A DNA stretch of 64,000 nt from an uncultured Planctomycetota bacterium (GTDB lineage Bacteria > Planctomycetota > PLA2 > JAEUHO01): contig CAVVXN010000005.1 in assembly GCA_963752285.1 (NCBI GenBank), positions 1-64,000 on the forward strand. The letters run 5' to 3'. The position numbers and the translations under genes are program-made. Shown here piece by piece: positions 43,643 to 54,200 of the stretch; position 1 is the stretch's first letter, and each line of letters starts with the position of its first letter. A model generated the notes under the pieces. It was not told the origin of the DNA. It saw only the letters and a program-made list of their open reading frames with translations, and did not search any database.

Positions 43643-43741
43643 TGGTGCGGACCACGCCGGGGGCGAAGGTCCCGCGTCGCGTCCGCTCCGCCCTCGTCTC
43701 GCCCGCGCGGCCCACGACCCACGGAGGGCCGGGCCCGCGCC

Positions 43742-45064
43742 TCAGGAGCCGGTCTCGAGGCGCAACGGCGACGTGGTCGGCCGCGACCTGGTGAGCCTCT
43801 CGAGCGGGACGCCGGCGCGGTCCATCACCGACACAGCACGTCCTCCGGTGACGGCGTTCACCTGCACGCGCCGGATGTTCCAGTTGTCCGCGTCGATGCC
43901 GGGTCCCTGCACGAGGCTGATCGTGACGTGGCCGAGGCGGCTCATCTCCGCTCCGTGACCCAGCGTCACGATGGCGGTTCGCGTGGAGCCCTCCTTCAGC
44001 TCGGCGCGCTCGTTGAGGGAGACCTGTCCGAGCAGGCTGCCGTCCCGCGCGAACGCGCGGATCACCGCGTCTCCACCGCCGCGCAGGTCGTCCTTGCCGG
44101 TCTCCACGCGTACGACGAGCCGTTCGACGAGCGCCCCGCCGCTCACCGCGACCGTCCGCCTCTCGATTCGACCGGTGAAGCGGTAGGAGGCTCCGTCCCC
44201 GTCTCCGACGATCTCGACGCCCCGGTTCGTGGGCGCCGCCACCAGCGTGCGGAGCGTGACCGGCGGGCGGCCCGGCATCAGGGCCAGCTGCTGGTCCGCC
44301 GGGGTCTCGAGCTCGCCGAGGCCGGCGATCGCGGGGATCACGACCGCCTGCACGCCCACCACCACGTCGGGGTCGAACGTCGAGCCGACGGTGAACCCGA
44401 GGAAGAGGTCCGCCTTCTCGCCGTCGCTGAACAGGTCCTTCGAGAACGCGTTCGTGTCGAAGGCGAACGCCGGGTGGGCGCGCCCCGCCAGGAGCTGGTT
44501 CACGAAGCTGCGCATCACGGCGCCGCTCTCGATCTGGCGGCGCAGCATGGCCGCGAGGCGTCGTGCGACGCGTTCGAGCACGCCGCGCACGACGTGTGGC
44601 GGCGTGTTGCCATTGTCCATCGTGATGAGGATCACGCCCAGCACCTCGGACCGCGCCACGGCCGCCCACGTCCGGTTGTCACGGGGGTCGAGGTGCGGTG
44701 TCGAGACCCCGCTCCAGACGTGGGTGCCCATCCAGGCCGGTAGGGCGCGTGTGTCCCCCGCGTGCAGGTGGCCGTCCCGGGCCCCCTCGGGGTTCCACCG
44801 CGGCTTGTCCACCCAGTCGTGGGGCTCGCGTTCCTGGATCCAGACGCTCGTCGATCCGCGCGTGTTGTGGCGGGAACGAAACATCACGCCCATGACATAC
44901 GGGCGGTCGCCGTCCGCCGCGCGGGTCCGATCGATGCGGATCTGCTCGAGCGTCATCTGGAGGTCGTCCGCCCGGGCCGGCCGGGGGACGGCGAGCAGAG
45001 CGCCGGCGAGGGCGCACGCCAGCGCGACGGCTCGGGACCGAGGGGAGGGCAGGCGATTCGACAT
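43742..45064 (-). CDS. Secreted hypothetical protein with one C-terminal 'TGxDDLRG' module
   Basis: Signal peptide (..PARA|DD); C-terminal RLVVRVETGKDDLRGG..DADNWNIRRVQV. Confidence 0.8.
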   Translation of the reverse strand: MSNRLPSPRSRAVALACALAGALLAVPRPARADDLQMTLEQIRIDRTRAADGDRPYVMGVMFRSRHNTRGSTSVWIQEREPHDWVDKPRWNPEGARDGHLHAGDTRALPAWMGTHVWSGVSTPHLDPRDNRTWAAVARSEVLGVILITMDNGNTPPHVVRGVLERVARRLAAMLRRQIESGAVMRSFVNQLLAGRAHPAFAFDTNAFSKDLFSDGEKADLFLGFTVGSTFDPDVVVGVQAVVIPAIAGLGELETPADQQLALMPGRPPVTLRTLVAAPTNRGVEIVGDGDGASYRFTGRIERRTVAVSGGALVERLVVRVETGKDDLRGGGDAVIRAFARDGSLLGQVSLNERAELKEGSTRTAIVTLGHGAEMSRLGHVTISLVQGPGIDADNWNIRRVQVNAVTGGRAVSVMDRAGVPLERLTRSRPTTSPLRLETGS

Positions 45065-45112
45065 GGATTCACTCCGCGGGGCCGAGGCCGGTGCTCGGCG
45101 CGTTGCCGTGGC

Positions 45113-45143
45113 CGATGAACTGGTGACGGGGCCGCGTCGAGAC
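45113..45143 (-). promoter_or_regulatory. Putative ECF promoter motif, copy 2
   Basis: GTCTCGACGCGGCCCCGTCAC-CAGTTCATCG, 48 nt upstream of ATG 45064; 23/31 identical to copy 1 without gaps. Confidence 0.5.
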
Positions 45144-45261
45144 GTCCGATCCCCGAGACGGCGCGCGCTCGGGGGCGACGGTGGGCTCCGAGGCCGGGGG
45201 CGCCCCGCCGGATGCGAGACCGAGGGGCACCGCGTCACCCGCGATCCGCTATCCTGGCCGG

Positions 45262-45894
45262 ATGACCTCGCCGGCGCCGGACCCCGAGGCTGCTCTCCTC
45301 GCCGCCGCGGAGGATCGCGGCGAGGCCCTCGGACGGCTGCTCGAACGCCACCGCCGCCGGTTGCTCAAGATGATCCACCTGCGGATGGACCCGCGCCTCC
45401 AGGCGCGGGTCGGTGCGTCCGACGTGCTCCAGGACGCCTTCTTCGACGCCGGGCGACGCGTCGGGGCGTACCTCGCGGACCCGCGGATGCCCTTCTTCCT
45501 GTGGCTGCGCTTCCTGACCGCGCAGTCGTTGGCCGCGCGTCATCGCGAGCACCTCGGCGCCCGCAGGCGGGACGTGCGCCGCCAGGTGGACGGGGGACGC
45601 CCCGACGCCTCCGGCCCGGCCGTCGTGGACCTCCTGGTCGCGAACGGCACGACACCGACGGAGGGCGTGGCGCGAGAGGAGACCCGGGTTCGGGTGCTCG
45701 CGGCCCTGGAGCGACTCGGCGAGACGGACCGGGAGATCCTCGTGCTCCGCCACTTCGAGGAGCTCGGGAACGAGGAGGCCGCCTTCGAGCTGGGCATCGA
45801 GCCGCCCGCGGCGAGCAAACGCTACGTCCGCGCGTTGCGTCGCCTGAGGGAGGCCCTGTGCGCCGAGGGCCTGGGCGAGGCCGGACTCGCATGA
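45262..45894 (+). CDS. Planctomycete-type ECF sigma-70 factor (kinase-associated)
   Basis: HLRMDPRLQARVGASDVLQDAF, FFLWLRFL, DREILVLRHFEELGNEEAAFELGI..AASKRYVRALRRL. Confidence 0.92.
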   Translation: MTSPAPDPEAALLAAAEDRGEALGRLLERHRRRLLKMIHLRMDPRLQARVGASDVLQDAFFDAGRRVGAYLADPRMPFFLWLRFLTAQSLAARHREHLGARRRDVRRQVDGGRPDASGPAVVDLLVANGTTPTEGVAREETRVRVLAALERLGETDREILVLRHFEELGNEEAAFELGIEPPAASKRYVRALRRLREALCAEGLGEAGLA

Positions 45895-48800
45895 ACGCCG
45901 ACGCCTCCGAGGAGCTCGACCGCCTCGCACAGGAGTTCGTCGCGCGACACCGCGAGGGCGACCGACCCTCGGTCTTTGATTTCGCGGCGCGTCACCCCGA
46001 GCGCGCCGCGGACATCCGCGAGCTCTTCCCCGTGCTTCTCCGGATGGAGACGCTCCGGAGCGACGTGGTCGGCCAGCCGTCCGGGACGCGCCTCGGCGAC
46101 TACGTTCTCCTTCGCGAGATCGGCCGAGGTGGGATGGGCGTCGTCTACGAGGCGGTGCAGACCACCCTCCACCGGCGCGTGGCGCTCAAGGTGTTGCCGC
46201 ACGGCGCCACGTTCGACCCGCGCACCTCGGAGCGATTCCGCGCCGAGGCGCGTGCCGCGGGCAGGCTGCACCACGCCAACGTCGTGCCGGTCATCGAGTA
46301 CGGCGAGGAGGACGGCGTCCACTACTACGCGATGCAGTACGTCGAGGGCCGTGGGCTCGATGCCGTGCTCGCGAGCCTGCGGCGGCGCCTTGCGTGCGAG
46401 GGCGACGCGGGGGGCGGCGACCCCCTCGCCGACGCGCTCGCCGATCGTCTGCTCCAGGGGGCCTGCGCGGGGGGCGGCGCCGCGGCAGGGCGGTCTCGGT
46501 CGTCGGGCGCGGGTCGCGGGGTCCGCCCGCGCCGGCCCGGGCGGCGCTACCACGACGCCGTCGTGCGCCTGCTTCTCCAGGCCACGGAAGGGGTCGCGGC
46601 CGCGCACGCGCAAGGCGTGCTGCACCGGGACATCAAGCCGTCGAACCTGATCCTCGATGCGGACGGGAAGCTCTGGGTCGCCGACTTCGGGCTCTGCAAG
46701 GAAGCCGACGGGCGAGAGGACACGCTGCCCGGCGCCGTCGCGGGAACCCTGCGCTACCTCCCCCCGGAGCGTCTGCGTGGTGCGTCGGACGTTCGGGGCG
46801 ACCTCTACGGTCTCGGGATCACGCTCTACGAGATGCTGACACTCGCTCCCGCGTACGCCTCGGAGGATCGCGTGGCGCTCCTGGCCGACATCGCCAGGGC
46901 GCCGCCACGCCGTCCCCGCGCGCTCGATCCGAGAATCCCCGTGGACCTCGAGGCCGTCGTGCGGAAGGCCACGGCGCACGACCCGGGACAGAGGTACGTG
47001 ACGGTCGAGGGCCTCGCGGCGGACCTCGGCGCGTACCTGGAGGGGCGGGCGATCACCGCGCGCGCACCGAGGGCCACGTACCTGCTTCGCGCCTGGGTTC
47101 GACGGCACCGGGCCCTCACGGCGACCGTGCTGCTGGCCGTGGCGGCGCTGGGCACGGGCGCGGCCTTCTACGTGAGGAACCTCGCGCAGGAGCAGGTGGA
47201 GGCGAGGTTCCAGCAGTACGTGGCGAGCATCGCGGCGGCGGAGGGAGCGCTGCGGCTCCAGGACCCCGATACCGCGCGACGCCTCCTCGACGACGCGCCG
47301 CCGGAGCTTCGCAACTGGGAGTGGCAACACCTCGAGAGCCGGCTCGACCGGAGCCTTTGGACGATCGACCTCGGCGGCGCAGAACCCCACGGCGTGGCGT
47401 ACGACCCCGACGGTTCCAAGTTCGCAATCGGCGCCGACGACTGGACCTCCGTGTGCGACGACACGTCCGGCCGGGAGGTCGCGCGGCTCGACCACGAGGG
47501 GAGCGTCACGGGCGTCGCGTGGAGTCCGCGGGGCGACCGCATCGCCGTGGGCACCTGGGAAGGACTGGAGATCTGGAGCTGGCCCGATCCGCACCGGCTC
47601 CACCGCCTGGCCGGAGCGGGTCAGGTGGCGGACCTGTCCTTCAGCCTCGACGGTCGGCGCGTGGCGACGGGTGGCGACGAGGGGCGGTTGCGGGTGTGGG
47701 ACGTGGAGAGCGGCCGCCTCGAGGCGGACCTCGGCGTGCACGCGTGGATCCACGCGCTCGACTTCCGATCCGGGGACGACCGCGTCGCCGTGGGAGGCGG
47801 TGACGGCATCGCCTCCGTCTGGGACGTGGCGACCGGCGCGTGCCTCTGGTCCCGGCGGGCGAGCGACGTCGGGCTCCACGGGATCACGTTCGTCGGTCGG
47901 GATCGCGTGGCCACGCCCTCCGAGGCGCACCACGTGTGCCTGTGGTCCGCGGCCTCGGGCGATCTGCTTCGGATCGTGACGCGGCTGCGCCAGGTGGGGG
48001 CCGCCCAGGTGCGCGCCACGACGGACGGGACGCTGCTCGCGGTCGGCTCCGGGCAGGGACTGGAGATCTGGGACGCGCGCGACTGGACCTGCCGTGCCAC
48101 CTGGCCGGGCCGGTACGCGGTGCTCGACGTCGCGTTCCATCCCTCGCACACGTGCGTCGTGACCGCCTCCATGGGCGCGGTCAAGGCGTGGGCGGCCGAG
48201 CGCGACCCCGACGTGCTGCGGGGCCACATGGACGACGTGACCAGCGTCGCCTACGCGCCGGACGGCGCCTGGTTCGTCTCCGCCGGCGTCGGCGGGGTCG
48301 TCCGGAGGTGGGACGCGAACACCGGCGAGCAGGCCCGTGCGTGGATCGGGCACCGCTGGTCCGTGACCGCGCTCGCCGTCTCGCCCGACGCCCGCCTCGT
48401 CGCCGCCGGCGACGCGACGGGAGAGGTGCTGCTCTGGGACGTGGAGCGCGACGAGGTCGCGTTGCGGATCGACGCGCACGAAGGCGCCCCCGTGCACGAC
48501 CTCGCATTCCGCCACGACGGCACCCGACTCGCCACGGCCGGCGCGGACGGCCGGCTCGCCGTGTGGGACGTCGCGACCGGCAAGCCGCTCGCGACCGTTC
48601 GGGCGACCGACGGGAGCCTGGGCTGCGTCGAGGTGACGCCCGACGACCGGTACGTCCTGACCGGCGACGCGTCCGGCGCGGTCCGGGTGTGGGACGCCGC
48701 GACCTTGGCGCCGGTCCGGGACCTCTCGCCCCACGGCGACCTCGTGACCGGTATCGACTGTTGCGCGACCCGGGGTCTCGTCGCGACCGTGTCGCAGGAC

Positions 48801-49736
48801 GACACGCTCCGACTCTGGAACCTCGACGACGGGAGCCTTCGGCGCGTCACGCCGCTGCCGTCACCCCTCGACGTCGCCTTCAGCCCCGACGGGAGCCGCC
48901 TGGCCGCGGGCTGCATGGACGGGACCGTCCGCCTCTTCGACACGGCGAGCGGCCGGCTGGTCGCGACCCTCCAGCACGTGGACTGGGTCTACGCCGTAGC
49001 GTGGAGCCCGGACGGCGAACGGCTGCTGTCGGCGAGCAGCGCCGCCGAGGTCCGCGTCTGGGGCACGCGACCGCTCGGTGTGCGCCGTCCCCGCGAGGCC
49101 GACCCTTCGCGCCGACGCCGCGCCGTGGCCCTCGTCGCCGCGCTGGCGGAGGCGGACCCCGATCCCGACGTCCTCGTGCGTCGGGTTCGCACCCGGACGG
49201 ACCTCGGTCCGGACCTTCGCGAAGCCGCGCTGCGCGAGGCGTATCGTCTTCTCGGGAGCGAGGAGGGGCTGATCGCGCGGCTCTGGCGGGCTGCGACGTC
49301 GCGCGACGCGGACCCGCTCCGGCTTCGCATCGCACGGGGGCTGGCGGCGGACATGACCCGCGCGGCGGGCCACCGGAACCGGCCCGACACGCGCCGGAAC
49401 ACCCTCTGGGCGGCGCTGACCTTCCGTAGCGGCGACTACGACCTCGCGCTCGAGCGCCTCCGGACCTCGATGATGCTGAACGAGGACCGGTTCCCCGAGC
49501 TCTTCGCCGTGGACCTCGCGCTCCTCGCGCTGAGCCACGCGGCGCTGGGCCACGACCGCGACGGGAAGGAGGCGCTCGCACGTCTCGAGGCGCACCTGGA
49601 CGACCATCCGAAGGCACGGACCCCGCGGGTCGAGGCGTTCCTCGCCGAGGCGCGGGAGGCCGTGAGGAAGGCCACGACCTCCCCGGCGGGGGCGTCCGGC
49701 CGCGAGACGGCGGGCGCCGCGACCGGAGGCGGCTGA
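45891..49736 (+). CDS. Ser/Thr protein kinase with TM, WD40 beta-propellers and C-terminal helical/TPR-like region
   Basis: ATGA overlap with the ECF gene; GRGGMGVVY, VALK, HRDIKPSN, DFG, GTLRYLPPE; many WD repeats (e.g. LRGHMDDVTSVAYAPDG..VRRWD). Confidence 0.93.
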   Translation: MNADASEELDRLAQEFVARHREGDRPSVFDFAARHPERAADIRELFPVLLRMETLRSDVVGQPSGTRLGDYVLLREIGRGGMGVVYEAVQTTLHRRVALKVLPHGATFDPRTSERFRAEARAAGRLHHANVVPVIEYGEEDGVHYYAMQYVEGRGLDAVLASLRRRLACEGDAGGGDPLADALADRLLQGACAGGGAAAGRSRSSGAGRGVRPRRPGRRYHDAVVRLLLQATEGVAAAHAQGVLHRDIKPSNLILDADGKLWVADFGLCKEADGREDTLPGAVAGTLRYLPPERLRGASDVRGDLYGLGITLYEMLTLAPAYASEDRVALLADIARAPPRRPRALDPRIPVDLEAVVRKATAHDPGQRYVTVEGLAADLGAYLEGRAITARAPRATYLLRAWVRRHRALTATVLLAVAALGTGAAFYVRNLAQEQVEARFQQYVASIAAAEGALRLQDPDTARRLLDDAPPELRNWEWQHLESRLDRSLWTIDLGGAEPHGVAYDPDGSKFAIGADDWTSVCDDTSGREVARLDHEGSVTGVAWSPRGDRIAVGTWEGLEIWSWPDPHRLHRLAGAGQVADLSFSLDGRRVATGGDEGRLRVWDVESGRLEADLGVHAWIHALDFRSGDDRVAVGGGDGIASVWDVATGACLWSRRASDVGLHGITFVGRDRVATPSEAHHVCLWSAASGDLLRIVTRLRQVGAAQVRATTDGTLLAVGSGQGLEIWDARDWTCRATWPGRYAVLDVAFHPSHTCVVTASMGAVKAWAAERDPDVLRGHMDDVTSVAYAPDGAWFVSAGVGGVVRRWDANTGEQARAWIGHRWSVTALAVSPDARLVAAGDATGEVLLWDVERDEVALRIDAHEGAPVHDLAFRHDGTRLATAGADGRLAVWDVATGKPLATVRATDGSLGCVEVTPDDRYVLTGDASGAVRVWDAATLAPVRDLSPHGDLVTGIDCCATRGLVATVSQDDTLRLWNLDDGSLRRVTPLPSPLDVAFSPDGSRLAAGCMDGTVRLFDTASGRLVATLQHVDWVYAVAWSPDGERLLSASSAAEVRVWGTRPLGVRRPREADPSRRRRAVALVAALAEADPDPDVLVRRVRTRTDLGPDLREAALREAYRLLGSEEGLIARLWRAATSRDADPLRLRIARGLAADMTRAAGHRNRPDTRRNTLWAALTFRSGDYDLALERLRTSMMLNEDRFPELFAVDLALLALSHAALGHDRDGKEALARLEAHLDDHPKARTPRVEAFLAEAREAVRKATTSPAGASGRETAGAATGGG

Positions 49737-49775
49737 GCCCGGTCCACCGTCCGCGGCTCCCGGCGGGGCGCGCGG

Positions 49776-50834
49776 TCAGCGGTCGAGGCGTCGGGGCCCT
49801 TGGAGGTGTCTGAGGACCCGGCGCCGCCGTCGGCGGACCCATTCGCGGGAGCGGCGGAGACGCTCGCGAAGGCCGCCCCGGGGCATCGACGCGAACGGGG
49901 TCGCGTACCGCTTCCGGGCCCAGTCGCACTCCAACCAGTCCCCGAGAAACGTCCGTTCGAGGAGCGCGCGGGCCCGCGAAGACGAGAGCTCCACCCGAGG
50001 GATGTACGCAGCGGGGAAGTACGGAAACGGTGCGAAGAGCTTGCTGGCGGCCACGCGGTAGATCTCGAGGTCCGGGTTCAGGACCTTGGCGAACGCGGAC
50101 AGCGCCGAGGAGCACTTGAGGACGGAGCGGCACCTGGAGAGCAGCACGCAGTCGAGCACCGCGCGGTCCCGGCTCTCGCGCGGAGAGCGGGGCGGGTCCT
50201 TGTGGTGCTCGACGGGTCCCAGGTGGACGACCGTATGGCGGGAGAACCGGTCCCGGATCTTCGCGACCACGTCGTGCTCGTCGGTCGCGACGAACACGGC
50301 GTCCACCGGCGGGCGCTCGCACAGGAAGGCGTGTGCGAGCTCCACGAACTCCTCCTGGCTCACGGGATTCGTGTCCCAGGCCGAGGTGAGCTTGTCCCGG
50401 CCCCGATAGTGGAGGCCCAGGGTTCGCTCCGGGAGATCCACCGCGTCCGCCCGCTGGAGGATCCCCGGGGGCACGCGGAAGTAGGCGTGCCAGAGCCCGT
50501 GGGCGTGCGCCCAGTCCGCCCCGAGCGCGTGGAGCCGCCTCCGGCGCAGCTCGAGCAGGCTCACGGTGCGATCGATCGTCGCCGGCGCCTCGTACGCGAG
50601 CTCGAACGCGCCCGGAAGGACCGTGTGCTCGGGCGCGCTCCCGTAGAGCTTCGACCGGATCCGCCACGTCGGGTAGATGCCCCGTTCGCGCAGGTACGGC
50701 AGCACCTGCATGACCCACAGGACCACCTGCCCGAAGAGGCCCTCGGTGAGCTCGTCCGGCTGGGTCTCCACCCGCCATCCCCGGCTCCGTCCCGCCCGGG
50801 ACGCCGAGGTCCAGAGGTACGAGCCGATCGACAT
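49776..50834 (-). CDS. NodZ/O-fucosyltransferase-like GT-B glycosyltransferase
   Basis: GLFGQV, LGLHYRGRDK, VFVATDE, AVLDCVLLSRC..SSALS (fucosyltransferase motifs I-III). Confidence 0.7.
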   Translation of the reverse strand: MSIGSYLWTSASRAGRSRGWRVETQPDELTEGLFGQVVLWVMQVLPYLRERGIYPTWRIRSKLYGSAPEHTVLPGAFELAYEAPATIDRTVSLLELRRRRLHALGADWAHAHGLWHAYFRVPPGILQRADAVDLPERTLGLHYRGRDKLTSAWDTNPVSQEEFVELAHAFLCERPPVDAVFVATDEHDVVAKIRDRFSRHTVVHLGPVEHHKDPPRSPRESRDRAVLDCVLLSRCRSVLKCSSALSAFAKVLNPDLEIYRVAASKLFAPFPYFPAAYIPRVELSSSRARALLERTFLGDWLECDWARKRYATPFASMPRGGLRERLRRSREWVRRRRRRVLRHLQGPRRLDR

Positions 50835-51284
50835 CGGGGGTCTCCACCTCGCGGCCGTTGTTCCGGGTCCTCTGCGCGCCGCGCGCCCGGCCCGGGACGG
50901 GGGCCGCGCCGCGGTCCGCCACGGTGCCCCGCGGTGCGCCCGGGGGCCGCACGCGCGCTCCCGGCCCGCGCGCCGTAGAGGCCCTTCGCGGCGTGAGTCT
51001 ACGCGCGGGGTGGCGAGGCGAAACGTCCCCCCCTCGACGGGATCCCACCCGGTTCGGATCCCCCCGGCCCGTCGGAGGGGCCGGCGAAGGGGATCTCCCG
51101 CTACCTCGACGGGAGCGGCTCGGGTCGGTCGTTCGTCGGGGTCCCGAGCGCGGCCCCACGCGTCTTCGACCCGGGCGACGGGCTCGTCCGGGCGGTCGTG
51201 GACCACGCGAGACGCCGGTAGGCGTCTCGAGAACGCGCAGACGTCGGACGGGCCCCGCGCGGTCCACCGCCGCGGTCGTCCCGC

Positions 51285-54200
51285 TCACTTCGACGGCGAG
51301 ACGGGCTCCACGACGAGGGTGCCGAGCGACCAGGCGCCGAGCGTCGTTCGGACCGTGTGTCCCTCGGGCGCCTGCTCCTCGGCGAGGTCCTCCATCAGGT
51401 TGGTTCGCCACGCGCGCGCGACCGGGAAGGGGAAGGTGACCGTCACCTCGGCCGCGCGGCCCTCCTTCTCGACGAGGCGCACCACGAACCGCGGCGGGTC
51501 CGAGGGGAGGCGGGTCCGCTTCATCGCCGCGATCTCGACGTGATCGCAGTCGCTCGTGACGAGGGCCCGCCCGGCCGGGAGCGTTCCCCGCTCCGAGGCC
51601 GACGTGAGGATCGCCCGGAGCGGGAGGTTCAGCTCCGCGCCCCTCCGGTAGCTCTTGGCCTCCTGCCATCCCGCCACGTGGGGGTAGAGCGCATAGGTGA
51701 ACCGCGCCTCGCCCATGTCGGCCCCGGGATCGGGGTACTTGGGCGCGCGGAGGAGGGACAGGGCCAGCCGGTGGTCGAGGACGTCGTAGCCGTACTTCGC
51801 GTCGTCGAGGAGCGAGAGGCCGAAGGCGCCCGAGCGGTCCGTCTCGTCGGCCCACCGCTGCCCCCAGACCTCCCACTTCGCCTTCTCCGCGGCGGTCTTC
51901 GGATGCGTCGTCCGGTCGATCGTCCCGTAGGGGATCTCGAACGTCGCGGCGTCGGCGTCCGCGGCGACGTCGAACACGGCCTTGAGCATCTCGTGGGACG
52001 CGTGCCAGTCGGCCTTCGTGCGGATCTCGAGCCAGGGGACGCCCCGCGTCACGACGATCTCCTGCTCGAAGCTCGAGTCGCCGTGCGGGACGTGGACGTG
52101 GACGGAGGCCGAGAGGGGCGGGGTCGCGGACGCGGTGACCGAGTCGGCCACGAGCTCCGTCCGGGCGCCGTCCCGCCCGATGTTCCACGCGTCCCACTGG
52201 CTCGGCAGGTCCTGCCGGATCTCGAGGACGTTCCCGCCCCCGGGACCCAGCACCTCGCGCCGCTCGGGCAGGAGCACCAGCGAGACGACGCGGCCGGTCT
52301 TCTTGTCGATGCGGGCCTCGAGCGAGGCGTTCGCGAGGACGAACGCGTCCGGCGCCTCGCGCACGGTAGGACCCTCCTCGGCGGGGTCCGCCGGAGGGGT
52401 CCCGCCGCCCCCCGGGACCGGCGAGGTCCAGTACGTCCGGTACCCGACGCCCGGCACGTCTTCGGCGAGGAACCGAAGACGGCCGTCTTCCCAGCGGGAC
52501 GGCACGGGGAGACCGTGCTCGTCCACCGCGCCGAGCGCGATCTTCGAGGTCGTGTGCACCTCGACGACGCCGGTCACCGGCCAGGAGTGCGCGTTCCAGA
52601 CGATCACGGGGTGGCCCGCGTGACCCGTCGTGTCGACGTGGCGCGCCAGCGCGCGGGCCGCCTCCTTGACGACGCCCCCCGCGAGCTGGGCCGCCTCGTC
52701 GTAGTCCTGGTGCGCGTCCTCGTAGATCTCGTGGATCCCCGAGCCCGGCAGGAGGTCGTGGAACTGGTTGAAGAGCGTCCGCTTCCAGGCGCCGTCGAGC
52801 GCGTCGATCGGGGTACGCGTAGCCCGCGTCGAGGGCCGCCGCGATCGACGCCAGCTTCTCGGCGAGCTCGAGCGAGGCCTCCATGCGGCGGTTTCGCATC
52901 TTCATGTCGCCGTGCGTCGTGTACGTGCCGCGGTGGTACTCGAGGTAGAGCTCGGTGTCCCACACGGGCACGTCGGGGTACTTCGCGCGGACGCGGTCGA
53001 GGAACGCCTCCGGGCTCGCGTGCTCGACGGTCGGGAACACGCGCATCTTCGACATCTCGACCGTCCGCTCGATCATCTCGCGCGTGGGGCCGCCGCCGTG
53101 GTCGCCCACGCCGTAGAGGTCGAGCAGGTCCACCAGGCCGGGCTGCTGCTCGAGCTGCGTCCGCATGTGGGTCGCGAGGACCTCGGGCCGCGCGTCGTCC
53201 ACGTAGTCGAACGGGAAGTACGTCAGGACCTCCGAGCCGTCCGGGGACCTCCACCGGAAGAGCCGGTGCGGGAACTTCGTCGTGTCGTTCCAGCCGATCT
53301 TCTGCGTGATGAAGGCGTCGATGCCGGCGCCCCGGAAGATCATGGGCAGCGTCCAGGCGTAGCCGAAGGAGTCGGGGTTCCAGCCCACGTGGACGTCCAC
53401 GCCGAAGTGGTCGCGCGCGTAGCCCTTGCCGTAGAGGAGCTGGCGTACGAACGACTCGCCCGACGGCAGGTCGCAGTCGGGCTCGACCCACATGCCCCCG
53501 ACGACGTCCCACCGGCCGTCCTTCACCGCGGCCGCGAGGTCCCGGCTCATCTCCGGGAACAGCTCGTCCACCCACGCGTTCGTCTGCATCGAGCTCTGGG
53601 CGAAGCGGAAGAAGGGGAACTCGTGCGTGAAGAGGAGCGCCTGGCGGTAGGTCAGGTCTACGACGTGCTGGGTCTCCTTCCGCTGCCACATCCAGGCCAT
53701 GTCGATGTGACTGTTGCCGATGAACGTGATCCGCTGCCGCTTGACCTCCTTCGCGCCGGCTTCGACCGCCGCGTCGATCGCGCGCCACGCCGCGTCGAAG
53801 GCCGCGCCGTCGCCCGCGGCGTAGGCCGTGAGAAGTCCGGCGAAGCGGGCCTCGCCGTCCCCGAACAGGTCGGGACGAAAGCGCGCGCCCCAGGTCCAGT
53901 CGTTCGAGAGCGAGGCGAAGTCGTAGCGGGGCGCCGCGAGGTCCGCGCGGAGGGGCGGGTCGCCCATCACGATCGAGAGGAGCGCCTGCGGGTCGAGCGG
54001 AAGGGGCTCCGGGGGGCCCGCGTCGCCGGGTCGGCCCGTCCAGGCGAGGGCGGCTGCGGGCCGGACGCCGGCGGCGACCTTCTCGATCGCCGCGCGCGCG
54101 TCGAGGAGCAGCCGGACGGGGACGAGCGCGCCGGCACCCGCCTCGAACGGCTTCGTGACGCCGAGCGCGGCGACCTCGAGGCGCGCGTCCCGCGCCGGCT

